IMG/VR virus record: IMGVR_UViG_3300027986_000001 | Coordinates: 35,897-99,896 of that record | DNA from: a virus | Taxonomy: Duplodnaviria > Caudoviricetes | DNA: 64,000 nucleotides | Direction: 5' to 3' (one strand) | Part shown: positions 27,980 through 37,000 of the stretch, one piece after another | How positions within the stretch are numbered: the first letter of the stretch is position 1 | Layout: each line of letters begins with the position of its first letter | Notes under the pieces: generated by a model | What the model saw: the letters and a program-made list of their open reading frames with translations, nothing else | Databases searched by the model: none | What the model was told of the DNA's origin: nothing | Made by a program: the position numbers and the translations under genes

Positions 27980-28312
27980 TCACCTCCGGGGTTGATTCTG
28001 ACTGGGATTTCCGCCAAAGTCAAGAGTTTTGTTTTGCCCGTGATTCTTCTTGTGGAACAACTTGGCTTGTGGGCACGTGCTCCAATGCGGACTTCCATCC
28101 AGATTTTCCGGCATAGCACGCCCCTTCGGCGTCTTAATCCACCGGATCTGTGCCCCACATCCCCGGCAGCGGCTGATATTCGCACTCACCGCCGGGACCG
28201 CCGCCTCGAACGTGAAATCGTCACAATGCACCCTGCATTTGCGGCAGCGAGTGCATCGCTCTCTTCCGCAACGGCAAAACTCGGTGCGGGCGCAACAGTC
28301 ACAGGCGCTCAT
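27980..28312 (-). CDS. Cys-rich zinc-finger protein
   Basis: Multiple CxxC motifs; CRGCGAQIRWIKT..HWSTCP phage motif; ATGA overlap with dnaB. Confidence 0.7.
   Translation of the reverse strand: MSACDCCARTEFCRCGRERCTRCRKCRVHCDDFTFEAAVPAVSANISRCRGCGAQIRWIKTPKGRAMPENLDGSPHWSTCPQAKLFHKKNHGQNKTLDFGGNPSQNQPRR
27995..28031 (-). promoter_or_regulatory. Leftward promoter CAAAACTCTTGACT-17-CAGAAT
   Basis: Shared extended -35 motif; drives the lipoprotein to lysozyme block. Confidence 0.65.
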
Positions 28313-29748
28313 TTGTGCTTCCCTCCAGATTGGCGTTCTTTCCAGTCGTCGTGCAGCGGCGGTTGATCGTCAGGGATGTCTTCCGCCCTGGACTCGAACT
28401 TAGTTAGGTGCCCCAAAAACACGAGCTTTACCGTGCCCGAGGGACCGTTTCTATTCTTGAGTAGGATCAGCTCCGCTTCTCCCCGGTTGTCTTCCGTGGC
28501 ATTGTACAGCTCCTCGCGGAACATAGCGGCTACGATGTCGGCGTCACTTTCGATTGCGCCCGATTCGCGCATATCTGATAGCATCGGGCGGAAATTCCCC
28601 TTACGCTCGTCAGGTTTTCGGTTGATCGAGCTGATCACCAGCATTGCTACACCCTCTTCCTTGGCGGTCAATTTTAGGCTTCGCGTCATCATCCCGATTT
28701 CCCGGCTACGGTTGTCGGACCGATCCTTGGCGGCCATCATCTGCAAGTAGTCGATGACCACGAGCGATATAGGACCGTGCTTGCGGGACAATTTGCGGAT
28801 TTTGATCTGTACATCGAGAGGATTCGTCGATCCCGCGTCATCGATGATGATCCGGTTGGAAGAGTGAAGTGCGTACTCTGCCTTGGTAATTTTCTCGCGC
28901 TCCCCGGCGTTCACATAACCTCTCCGGAATCGCTGACTGTCCACGCGAGCAAGTGAGCAAATCATTCGTTGTAGCAATTGCTCGCGTGACATTTCCAGCG
29001 AAAATACAAGCGCGCGCCCCTCGGTAGATTTGAGAGCCACAAAGTCGCAGATGTTTAGCGCAAACGCACTCTTTCCATGTCCAGGTCTACCACTAAGGAC
29101 GATCAGATCGCCACGCTGTAGGCCGCCGGTCATATCGTCGAATTTTGTGAACCCGGTCAGAATTCCACTTGAGCGCAGATGTGGTTGCAGGAACGAATTT
29201 ATTCCACCCTCGAACTGATCGACAATTTCTCCCGGTAGAAGACTCCTGGTATCTGGGTCTTCCGGCATGAGATCTAGCCGAGCCGCTACGGAAGATTCCA
29301 AAATATCCCGTAGCGGTTCTCCGGACAGGGCCTGATTCATCTCGTGTTGTGATCGGAAAATTAAGCGCCGTAATCCTGCTTTCTCGCGCAGGATAGCTAC
29401 CCACCCATCGATACTTTTCACTTCCGGCATTTGATCGTCTAGCGAAGTGAGGTAGCTAAGCCCGCCGATATTAGTCAATTCCTTGGCCCGCATTAGTTCG
29501 TTAGCCACAGTCACACGGTCCACGGGCATTCCTTGGCTATGGACGCCTAGGATGTGATGAAAAATACGGCGGTTTACTTCGAGCGAGAAGTCGTCTGCGG
29601 TAAGTTTTCCAATGGCGGAGGTGAGCGCATCGCGGCTGCGAAAGATCGATCCCAGTACAAACCTCTCTACATCCACATTGCACGGGAGGCCGGTTACGGA
29701 AGCGATGGAGTTGTCTAATATTTTACTGTTCTGGTCTCGCTTTGCCAT
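28309..29748 (-). CDS. dnaB: Replicative DNA helicase
   Basis: SGRPGHGKS Walker A, FSLEMS, IDYLQMM, MRESGAIESDAD, KNRNGPSG. Confidence 0.97.
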   Translation of the reverse strand: MAKRDQNSKILDNSIASVTGLPCNVDVERFVLGSIFRSRDALTSAIGKLTADDFSLEVNRRIFHHILGVHSQGMPVDRVTVANELMRAKELTNIGGLSYLTSLDDQMPEVKSIDGWVAILREKAGLRRLIFRSQHEMNQALSGEPLRDILESSVAARLDLMPEDPDTRSLLPGEIVDQFEGGINSFLQPHLRSSGILTGFTKFDDMTGGLQRGDLIVLSGRPGHGKSAFALNICDFVALKSTEGRALVFSLEMSREQLLQRMICSLARVDSQRFRRGYVNAGEREKITKAEYALHSSNRIIIDDAGSTNPLDVQIKIRKLSRKHGPISLVVIDYLQMMAAKDRSDNRSREIGMMTRSLKLTAKEEGVAMLVISSINRKPDERKGNFRPMLSDMRESGAIESDADIVAAMFREELYNATEDNRGEAELILLKNRNGPSGTVKLVFLGHLTKFESRAEDIPDDQPPLHDDWKERQSGGKHK

Positions 29749-30129
29749 TTACTCTTCATCCAGAACGAACACGTCTTTTCCGTCAGCGGGCGCTCCCATG
29801 ATTTTCCAGTACACGCGGCGGATGGTGGCCGGGTAAGGGAACTTTCCTTCCGACATTTCCCAGAGCTTTCGGAATAGGTAGTCTAGATCCGTGTCGGTCG
29901 GCTTAAGGTTACGCTTCGCGAGCCACTCTTCCTGATTGACCTCTGGCAAGTCCGGATGTTTGATAATTCGCGGCTCAATGATCTCCCAGCAGGGTTGGTT
30001 GCGCACGATCGCGCATACAATCTCGGCGGTAAGATCCAAGGCTGCTTCGTTGCTCGGGAATCCCTTGCAGTCGGTAAACATCGAAAGTTTCTCAATTGCT
30101 AGCGCGATATTTTCGTCAGTTCGCTCCAT
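29749..30129 (-). CDS. Hypothetical protein (possible helicase loader)
   Basis: Located between initiator and dnaB; C-terminal FPYPATIRR motif. Confidence 0.5.
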   Translation of the reverse strand: MERTDENIALAIEKLSMFTDCKGFPSNEAALDLTAEIVCAIVRNQPCWEIIEPRIIKHPDLPEVNQEEWLAKRNLKPTDTDLDYLFRKLWEMSEGKFPYPATIRRVYWKIMGAPADGKDVFVLDEE

Positions 30130-31141
30130 GTAGTTCAGTTCCTTTCCGGCGTTTCGCCAGGGCTCGGGCGACTACGCCCTCATTTTCGGCCTGCTGAAAA
30201 CCGCGACGCTTAAGTGGCTGCATCCAGCCGGGGCGAATCATTTCGAGGTAGTTAAATCTTTTAGTGTCGCGGTGAGTTTTGAATGGGTAGTAGGCATTCA
30301 GCCACGAGCAGCATTCGGGATCGCGACGTAAGACTTCTCCGGCGGTGTGGCAAACAAGCAGGGCGTTATCCTGAAACCGTTCCTCAAGTAGGGCTGGAGG
30401 TGTCTTCTGGGTACGGGCGTCTGTAGGGTCTTCGGCAAACTCCGGAGGAACGTTTTCATTCCAGAGCTTCAAATACTCCGCTAAAGTAAACTTTAAAGAA
30501 ATATTCTGTTGCTGCTCCTGCTCCATTTCCAACCGCTTTCTTTCGCGCTCTGCTTTCTTGGAAGGTTTTTTCTCCCTTCGATAGCGAACGTAGGTCAGTT
30601 CATGGACAGGGTGCTGGTTTTGGGGTTCAGATTCAGGTAAGGGGGTAGGGGGATCTATAGGTTCTAGCTCTATAGGAAGTACCTTAACTCTTAATGGGCC
30701 ACTGTCATCGTTGTCCACATCGTTGTCCACATCGTTAGTGCCTACCAATGGCCCATCGTTAAAATTACCGATGACGGATCGCCTAAAAAGTAGTTCATTT
30801 AAACGCTCGGACTGTAGAAGGTATTGCTTAACTTGCCCGATTCTAGCCTGCTTTTCTTGAATGATACGGTGCCGAGCAAGCGAGTCTATGCGCCTCTGTA
30901 TTGAAGAGGTTTCATAGTGTCCCATCAAATCCTCTACAATCCGGTTCATGCTAGCTTTTATCCACGGGTCTCCGTCCTCTTCTGCCATTTCCATACGAGC
31001 GAGTTCTCCATTAGTCAAGTACTCGAATAGGCTGAGCAGAGCCGATGCGCAGTGATCGCCACCGCAGAGGTCTACATAATCTTCTCGGATGATGATTCTT
31101 CGCTGATACTTTCGGTGTTGGATGCAGCTTTCTCTGGGCAT
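30116..31141 (-). CDS. Replication initiator protein (lambda O-like organisation)
   Basis: N-terminal winged HTH-like region, internal iterons, PPTP linker; upstream of dnaB. Confidence 0.7.
   Translation of the reverse strand: MPRESCIQHRKYQRRIIIREDYVDLCGGDHCASALLSLFEYLTNGELARMEMAEEDGDPWIKASMNRIVEDLMGHYETSSIQRRIDSLARHRIIQEKQARIGQVKQYLLQSERLNELLFRRSVIGNFNDGPLVGTNDVDNDVDNDDSGPLRVKVLPIELEPIDPPTPLPESEPQNQHPVHELTYVRYRREKKPSKKAERERKRLEMEQEQQQNISLKFTLAEYLKLWNENVPPEFAEDPTDARTQKTPPALLEERFQDNALLVCHTAGEVLRRDPECCSWLNAYYPFKTHRDTKRFNYLEMIRPGWMQPLKRRGFQQAENEGVVARALAKRRKGTELHGAN
30655..30765. repeat. Probable replication origin: 12-bp iterons plus adjacent AT-richer tract
   Basis: CATCGTTGTCCA x2 (30706, 30718), CATCGTTAGTGC (30730), CATCGTTAAAAT (30754) inside the initiator gene. 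Confidence 0.65.
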
Positions 31142-31533
31142 ATATTACGCTCTTTTGAGTGCGGACAGTATCCGTAATGACCTATGGAGCAATTACAGTT
31201 AAAACAAAGAATCCTATACTTGTCGGGAGGGAATCCGCGCCTGCGCACAGCATTGTAAACTTTACTGCCAAATAGTTTACGGTCAGCCTTGCCTGATTGA
31301 TCGGCGTGGTCTATCGTCAAGAATTCCTTGATCGTTTCTCCGCAGCACGCACAGCGGCCCCCGTACTTTGTAAAAATCATTTCCCGCAGTTTAGCCCTAA
31401 GATTTCTCTGCTGCCGGTTCTCGCATGCACGGCAAGTAGACCTATGGCGAAATGTCTTGCTATGTACACTGAATTCTTCGATGGATTTAATGGCCCCACA
31501 AGAAAAACATTCTTTTTGGCGTGCGTGTTTCAT
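31072..31533 (-). CDS. Zinc-finger HNH endonuclease
   Basis: CFSC..CRAC; YGGRCACCGE..FLTIDH..LCFNCN. Confidence 0.85.
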   Translation of the reverse strand: MKHARQKECFSCGAIKSIEEFSVHSKTFRHRSTCRACENRQQRNLRAKLREMIFTKYGGRCACCGETIKEFLTIDHADQSGKADRKLFGSKVYNAVRRRGFPPDKYRILCFNCNCSIGHYGYCPHSKERNICPEKAASNTESISEESSSEKIM

Positions 31534-31638
31534 ATACCCTCCTGAATTAGGGTGCGGAGTAGGCTACCGATTCAGGCGGTAGCCTGTAGACCTCCGCTTC
31601 CAAGAACGTCCCAGATCGCGACTTCCGGGGCAGTGTCA

Positions 31639-31675
31639 AGAATGAGCAATTTTGCACACTTTGTCAAGAGTTTTG
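31639..31675 (-). promoter_or_regulatory. Leftward promoter CAAAACTCTTGACA-17-CATTCT for the replication operon
   Basis: Shared extended -35 motif, 17-nt spacer. Confidence 0.65.
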
Positions 31676-31697
31676 TGAGGTTTTCCACAGGAAAGAT

Positions 31698-31916
31698 TTA
31701 GTAAGCAGCGGTCGGATAACGACAAGGCACCAGTGGTCCATCCCGCATCGGGTTGTAGGTGTGGAACCAAATCCTGCCATCCGGAGGGATCATACAGCGG
31801 CCCTTGGGACGAATAGGGAATGTATTTAGATTCCGGTGAGCCGAGGGGTCTTCATGAAAGCGAGGGTCGGCCCCGCTGTGGAGTAAGCATCCAGCCGTCT
31901 TGCGGTAGTTGTACAT
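31698..31916 (-). CDS. Hypothetical protein
   Basis: 72-aa ORF immediately after HNH-AP2. Confidence 0.45.
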   Translation of the reverse strand: MYNYRKTAGCLLHSGADPRFHEDPSAHRNLNTFPIRPKGRCMIPPDGRIWFHTYNPMRDGPLVPCRYPTAAY

Positions 31917-31918
31917 GA

Positions 31919-32446
31919 TTATTTGTCAACGTCATTAAGAAAGGCGAACTCCCCATGATGTTGCTCGGAGGCCCTGTTGTAAGCAAGCGCAGCCTGTTCT
32001 TCGGTGGAATAAGTGCCAAGTTGAATTTTGCGCCCAGCTATGGTTATTCGAGCCCTCCAACTGGGGCCGTGTCTGGTGACGCCTTTATATTTTGATTTTC
32101 CTCTCCTATGAGGACGATTGCGTGCGTTACCAAAAGTATCACATAGCCGAAGATTACTTCTGCGATTATGTAAACCGATATGGTCATGATGATCAACCAG
32201 AATCGCCGGGTCTTTAATGTTAAGCAGTAGGCGGTGCATTCTGACCAGCCTACGCGATTGAGGGTCCCACCCACGCGCATAATACGTATGTCTATCCCTG
32301 TAGGAAAACCAGTGCATAGAACAAATTGCCGGTATGTCAGCCTCGTCGATCTCGGCGATCCCGCCGATCTTTCCCGTAAGGAACACCTATGCCGTACCGT
32401 CGCCTACTATATGAATTGGTGGCAGCGAACCGTTGCGGTATGTCAT
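31919..32446 (-). pseudogene. HNH-AP2 endonuclease with in-frame TAG at codon 20 (or shortened form from GTG 32386)
   Basis: MHRLLL..VDHHDHIGLHNRRSNLR and SKYKGV..WRARI..LGTY..AALAYN (AP2). ATG 32446 overlaps the upstream stop and is in frame through TAG 32389-32387. Confidence 0.7.
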
Positions 32447-32646
32447 TTGAACTCATCCGTCATATTTTTCCGCCTGCGATAGAGGTATGCCTGTTTATCC
32501 GCTTCGGTCACGGCGTGGCGGATTGCGTTTACTCGTCGTCCGGTCAGGTCGAATTTATCCGCTATAGCGCTCGTGGTCCAGCCGTCCAGGATACGGAAAA
32601 CGATCTCAGCCCGGCGGTTTAAGGTCCACATCTCTCTTTCCGTCAT
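32443..32646 (-). CDS. Small HTH protein
   Basis: GWTTSAIADKFDLTGRRVNAI; ATGA overlap. Confidence 0.6.
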   Translation of the reverse strand: MTEREMWTLNRRAEIVFRILDGWTTSAIADKFDLTGRRVNAIRHAVTEADKQAYLYRRRKNMTDEFK

Positions 32647-32825
32647 TTGAAGCGTAACCCGCCACGGTACGGGACCAATAAATGGCTCCAATCGTCGTAG
32701 TCGTGCAATTCCCGCCCGCATCTTCCGCAGATAGCCGGAGCCCAAGGGGCGACTGAATCCTTTAGGCACCAAGGACAAAAGAAGTGGAGGGGAAATTTAG
32801 GAGGTTCTTGTGTCTTTATTTCCAT
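32643..32825 (-). CDS. Small zinc-ribbon protein
   Basis: CPWC..CGRC; promoter directly upstream. Confidence 0.6.
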   Translation of the reverse strand: MEIKTQEPPKFPLHFFCPWCLKDSVAPWAPAICGRCGRELHDYDDWSHLLVPYRGGLRFK

Positions 32826-32834
32826 AGCAGCAGC

Positions 32835-32870
32835 ATTGTAAGGCGAGAAGCGCTCTGAGTCAAGACTTTG
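32835..32870 (-). promoter_or_regulatory. Leftward promoter TTGACT-17-TACAAT
   Basis: Near-consensus sigma70 boxes, 9 nt before ATG 32825; divergent TTGAAG-17-TACGAT on + strand at about 32885-32913. Confidence 0.7.
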
Positions 32871-32934
32871 CTTGCGGGATGCAATTGAAGAAAGCCGCTG
32901 TAGTCTCTACGATGTAGCGGAGAGAGGTGCGTCT

Positions 32935-33357
32935 ATGGCGCTGCCCGTAGCAGGCTTGGTCAATACATTACTCCCAACAAATCCGTTCCCGCTTGGCGTG
33001 ACGACGGTCAGCGGAACCCCCGGCACCGCCACTAAGATCACCCACAACTTTACGGACCTAGACGGGCGTTTCGTGAAATGGCTGTCCATTCGCGCATTGG
33101 ACACAAATACGGGACTGATCTACGTGCTCATCAACAGCGCCTACCCAATGCCGCCGCAGCCGACGTGGACGCTTCCCGGAGGGGGAACAACCAACGGAGC
33201 CGACACAACGAATTTTCTTAATGTTGTACAGGTCCTGTCCGCTGGTGAAACGTGGTCCATCCCCGCACAAATGCTCAACCAAATCCGAATCGGCCAATTC
33301 TGTGTGGATGGTAGCGTTGGCGGGGATAATGCCATTGCCAGCTTCTATGAGGCTTAA
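32935..33357 (+). CDS. Small beta-sandwich virion-associated protein (possible spike/fibre base)
   Basis: SD GAGG; IRALDTNTGLIYV..LSAGETWSI pattern; first gene of the fibre block. Confidence 0.5.
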   Translation: MALPVAGLVNTLLPTNPFPLGVTTVSGTPGTATKITHNFTDLDGRFVKWLSIRALDTNTGLIYVLINSAYPMPPQPTWTLPGGGTTNGADTTNFLNVVQVLSAGETWSIPAQMLNQIRIGQFCVDGSVGGDNAIASFYEA

Positions 33358-33389
33358 GAATGAGATACTTGCGAGTGTCCAATATTAGA

Positions 33390-33938
33390 CTAGTCTCGCC
33401 ATCTGTCGCCGAAGACGACGTGCTCGATGCCAGTTCTGCTGACTCCAAACATGGCAGCCAAATCTTTTTGGCGGTAGTTTCCGGTGGCGTACAGTGTGCG
33501 AATTTCAGCCACCTGCTTCAAGGTCAGTTTTGGATGGGATGTTTGCTCGCCGTATCTAATAAGCTCGGGATGCTTTTTCGTCCAATGCCTGTCGCCAGTG
33601 GCGTCATTGCGTCGGCCATGCTTCGTCGTGTCGCTATTGTTGTCGGAGTATGTTCCTTTATACAGATGCGTTGGGTTGCAACACGCGCGATTCGGTCCGC
33701 CTGGGCAGTCATGGCAAACGAGAAGCTCCCCAGGATCTTCGTCGTGCCACAGAGAGTAGGCAATACGGTGCGCCAGGAAGGATTTATTAACCAACCAGAT
33801 ATTTCCATAGCCGTCAGGCTGCAAGTGCGCCTTCCACGGCCAGCATTCATCCGGACCTCGCTTATCCACTCGCGACCAAAAACGCTTTCGTTGCTCGTAC
33901 GACAACTCTGGGATCGGCCTAAAATACTTGATAGCCAT
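33390..33938 (-). CDS. HNH homing endonuclease with C-terminal HTH (paralogue of 12864-13364)
   Basis: RFWSRVDKRGPDECWPWK..GYG..AHRIAY..CCNPTHLYKGT..DN. Confidence 0.9.
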   Translation of the reverse strand: MAIKYFRPIPELSYEQRKRFWSRVDKRGPDECWPWKAHLQPDGYGNIWLVNKSFLAHRIAYSLWHDEDPGELLVCHDCPGGPNRACCNPTHLYKGTYSDNNSDTTKHGRRNDATGDRHWTKKHPELIRYGEQTSHPKLTLKQVAEIRTLYATGNYRQKDLAAMFGVSRTGIEHVVFGDRWRD

Positions 33939-34035
33939 CTGATCTCACTCCAAGATCCTTTGGTTAGGCTCGGTGAAACGTTGAAGCGCTTCGCCGGGCC
34001 GCACCTTCAATTGTACCCAATCAACGGGGGAACCA

Positions 34036-37000
34036 GTGCGTAAGATCCGTTTATCGCTACTGTATTTTATTGTCCCGGTGTGCCTTTGGGGCCAAGGGTC
34101 TACTATCCCACGCGATCCTAGGTGGACTACGGTGGGAGAAGGTACCCTTGCCGCTCGTCCTAATTGCCCAAACCCTGCCGTGGCTGGGCGGAGCGTATAT
34201 TTGTGTCTTGGGGTGGGGTGTACTGCGGGGAATCGAATCCATTATTGTACGGCCACCGGATGGGACATTCAGGGAACAGCCGCCGGGTCCGGCATCACTA
34301 GCCTTAACGGGTTAACTGGGGCCTCCCAGACCTTCCAAAACGACACAAACGTAACGATCACGTCTTCGGCTAGCACTCATACCCTAGGCTGGAGCGGAAC
34401 CCTGGCCCCGGCTCGCGGCGGCACAGGCGTTGGCAACACGGCTACGTTGACGTTAGGCACCTCCAACGTCAATCTGGCAACGCTGGCGACCGGGATTATC
34501 CGCAATACAACCACCACAGGCGCTTTGTCTGTGGCTGAATTGTCCGGCGATGCCACTACCAGCGGCAGCAACGCTGTGACGGTCGTGGCCATCAATGGGA
34601 CGACGTTTACCGGAACAAACGGGCACTTGGTGAGCTTCGGTGCTGGAAATACGCCAGCCGATTCGGGAATAGTCGCAACAAATGTGGCCCTTCAAAGCAG
34701 CACACTCGCCCAGTTTGCTTCCACCACTTCGGCCCAGCTAGCTGGCGTCATCAGTAACGAAACAGGCAGCGGCGGAGGAGGAGTGCTGGTATTTAACAAC
34801 GGCCCCACCCTTATCGCTCCAATACTCGGAACTCCGGCTTCAGGCACGGCTACGAACCTGACCGGCCTTCCGCTCACCACCGGCGTAACCGGCATCTTGC
34901 CCACGGCGAATGGCGGCACGGGGATCAATAACACAGCAACGCTGACACTTGGCACCTCGAATCAGAATTGGGGTACCCTGGGCACCGGCATCGTAAAGAA
35001 CACAACCACCACCGGCGCTCTATCGGTGGCCGTACCTAACACGGACTTCTTGGCCGTGGCGAATCCAACGTTCACTGGGACGCTAAGCGGAGCTGCTGAG
35101 ACCTTGACGGGAACGCTAACCATTGCCGTCACCGGATCTACACAGTGTTTGCATGTCAACTCCTCTGGCGTGGTCAGCGGTACGGGGTCGGATTGCGGTT
35201 CGGGCGCTGGCGGGGTGAGCAGCTTGAATACTTTAACCGGGGCGCTGACCCTAGCCAACGCGAACGGCTTCACCTTCACGAATTCTGGAGGAAACACAAT
35301 CACTCCGTCGCTGGCAATGTCGTCCACGTACATCGCAGCCACACTTCCAGTGACTGTAAGTTTTGCCGGTGGCGTGGCGACGATCGCAGCGCCCACGTCC
35401 GTGAACTCATCGTCATCCATGACGAATCTGTCAGTGATGGCTGGCGCGGGTTCACAGAACGCTCAGGTGACCAACTGTGTAGTGGATTCTGGACTGAATA
35501 ATCTTTCCTGCAACGGAACTATCGCATCGGCGGTGGGTAGCGGCCTGGCTGGGCAGTATTTGCTTGCTGCTGGGACGCAGCCCTCCAGTTCATGGCCTGC
35601 AAGTCTGGCGGTTATCTTGGGGCCACCCTCAACCTCAGCGTCTTACGGATTAGTCCTTCCTACCGCTGCGCCGTCCGTTGCTAACTCCATAATGCTTTTC
35701 GCGGCGGCTTCCGGGACTCCCAATGACTCCACCGCAAGTTTCGCCAGTCCCGCACAGGCGAGTGTGGCTATATTCCCCACCGCAACACGTGTGGGGGATA
35801 TTATTTACTGCTCAGCGTGGGCTTCTGGGAATTGTACGACATGGAGCACCCTAGCCGGGAACAATTCCGGCACCCTATTTCTCTCTGAGAACGCTTCGGG
35901 CGTTCCTTCGTGGCAATCCAGCGCCTCCAGTCCGTCTCTGTCTTCTGTTACTGGGTCTACTTCGCAAGCTACCGGGACCGAATCGGCGGCGGGCGACAAT
36001 TACACATTCGCGGGCGTTGAAACCGGAGCGCTGCATTATTATCTAACCGCGCAAAATACCAGCAATTCGAATAATTCATCCGGTGCTCTACTTGTTACCA
36101 GCAACGGTACGGGCACGGCCCAGGTGCCCCTGCTGATTAACGAGACCGCCGTGTCGGGAGATTTTGTTGATATGTATACGGGCGGCACGGTTACCAACGG
36201 CGTGCTAAGTGGAGGAACCAAGATTTTCGCAGTGACATCGGCGGGGTCAGCTATTTCGGGAGACTCTTCGAATGCGGGGGCGTACTCAACTGCCTGTGGA
36301 AGCCAAGGGCTGACGACCCTTGGGAGCAACTCTGTTGGCGTCATAGGCCCCACTTCATGTAGTGGCCAGCATTACTTTGGCTTACCGGCGGCAGGAGCGG
36401 CTGCGAATCAATTCTTTCTGTATGCGGCAGAGTCGAGTGGCATATCGGCCCCGACTCTAACCACTTTCGCATCCACAAACCTCACGGATACCGCTAATTT
36501 AGTTCGCAATAACGGGACCAATGTAGCCGCAGCGGCGATGACTCTCAATATGGCCGCCGTCACAACAGCCAACGGGTTTCGCGTTCCCGTGCAAAGCGGC
36601 TGCACCGCCGGTTCCAATGGGACCGTTTGCTATGACTCAACCGCACTAAATACCCATATTCGTGCCAACGGAGCAGATGCTATCGCGGGCGCTTTCGCGA
36701 GTACTCCAACCAACGGAGACTTAGTGTCTGCGACTGTATCCGCAGGCAATGTGCTGCTGTCAGATGCGGGCATCGTGGCGGCCAACGTAATCACCGACAC
36801 GACCACAGCAACCGCAAACTACCTGATGAAGGGAAACGGAAGCGCCACGGTCATCGCCGGAGACCTTCAGGACGCATCGAATCAGTTAAGCAGCATTACC
36901 AGCACGCAGAGCGTAATCGTCAACGGAGGCTTGGATGCCTCCGCGAACTCCGTCCTGGGAGGATTGACCGTCCGGGGAGCAAATGAGACCGGGGCAGGTG

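Noticed and set aside
33360-34043. 227-aa plus-strand ORF bridging the fibre operon
   Set aside because: Antisense shadow of the well-supported HNH gene; no recognisable motif
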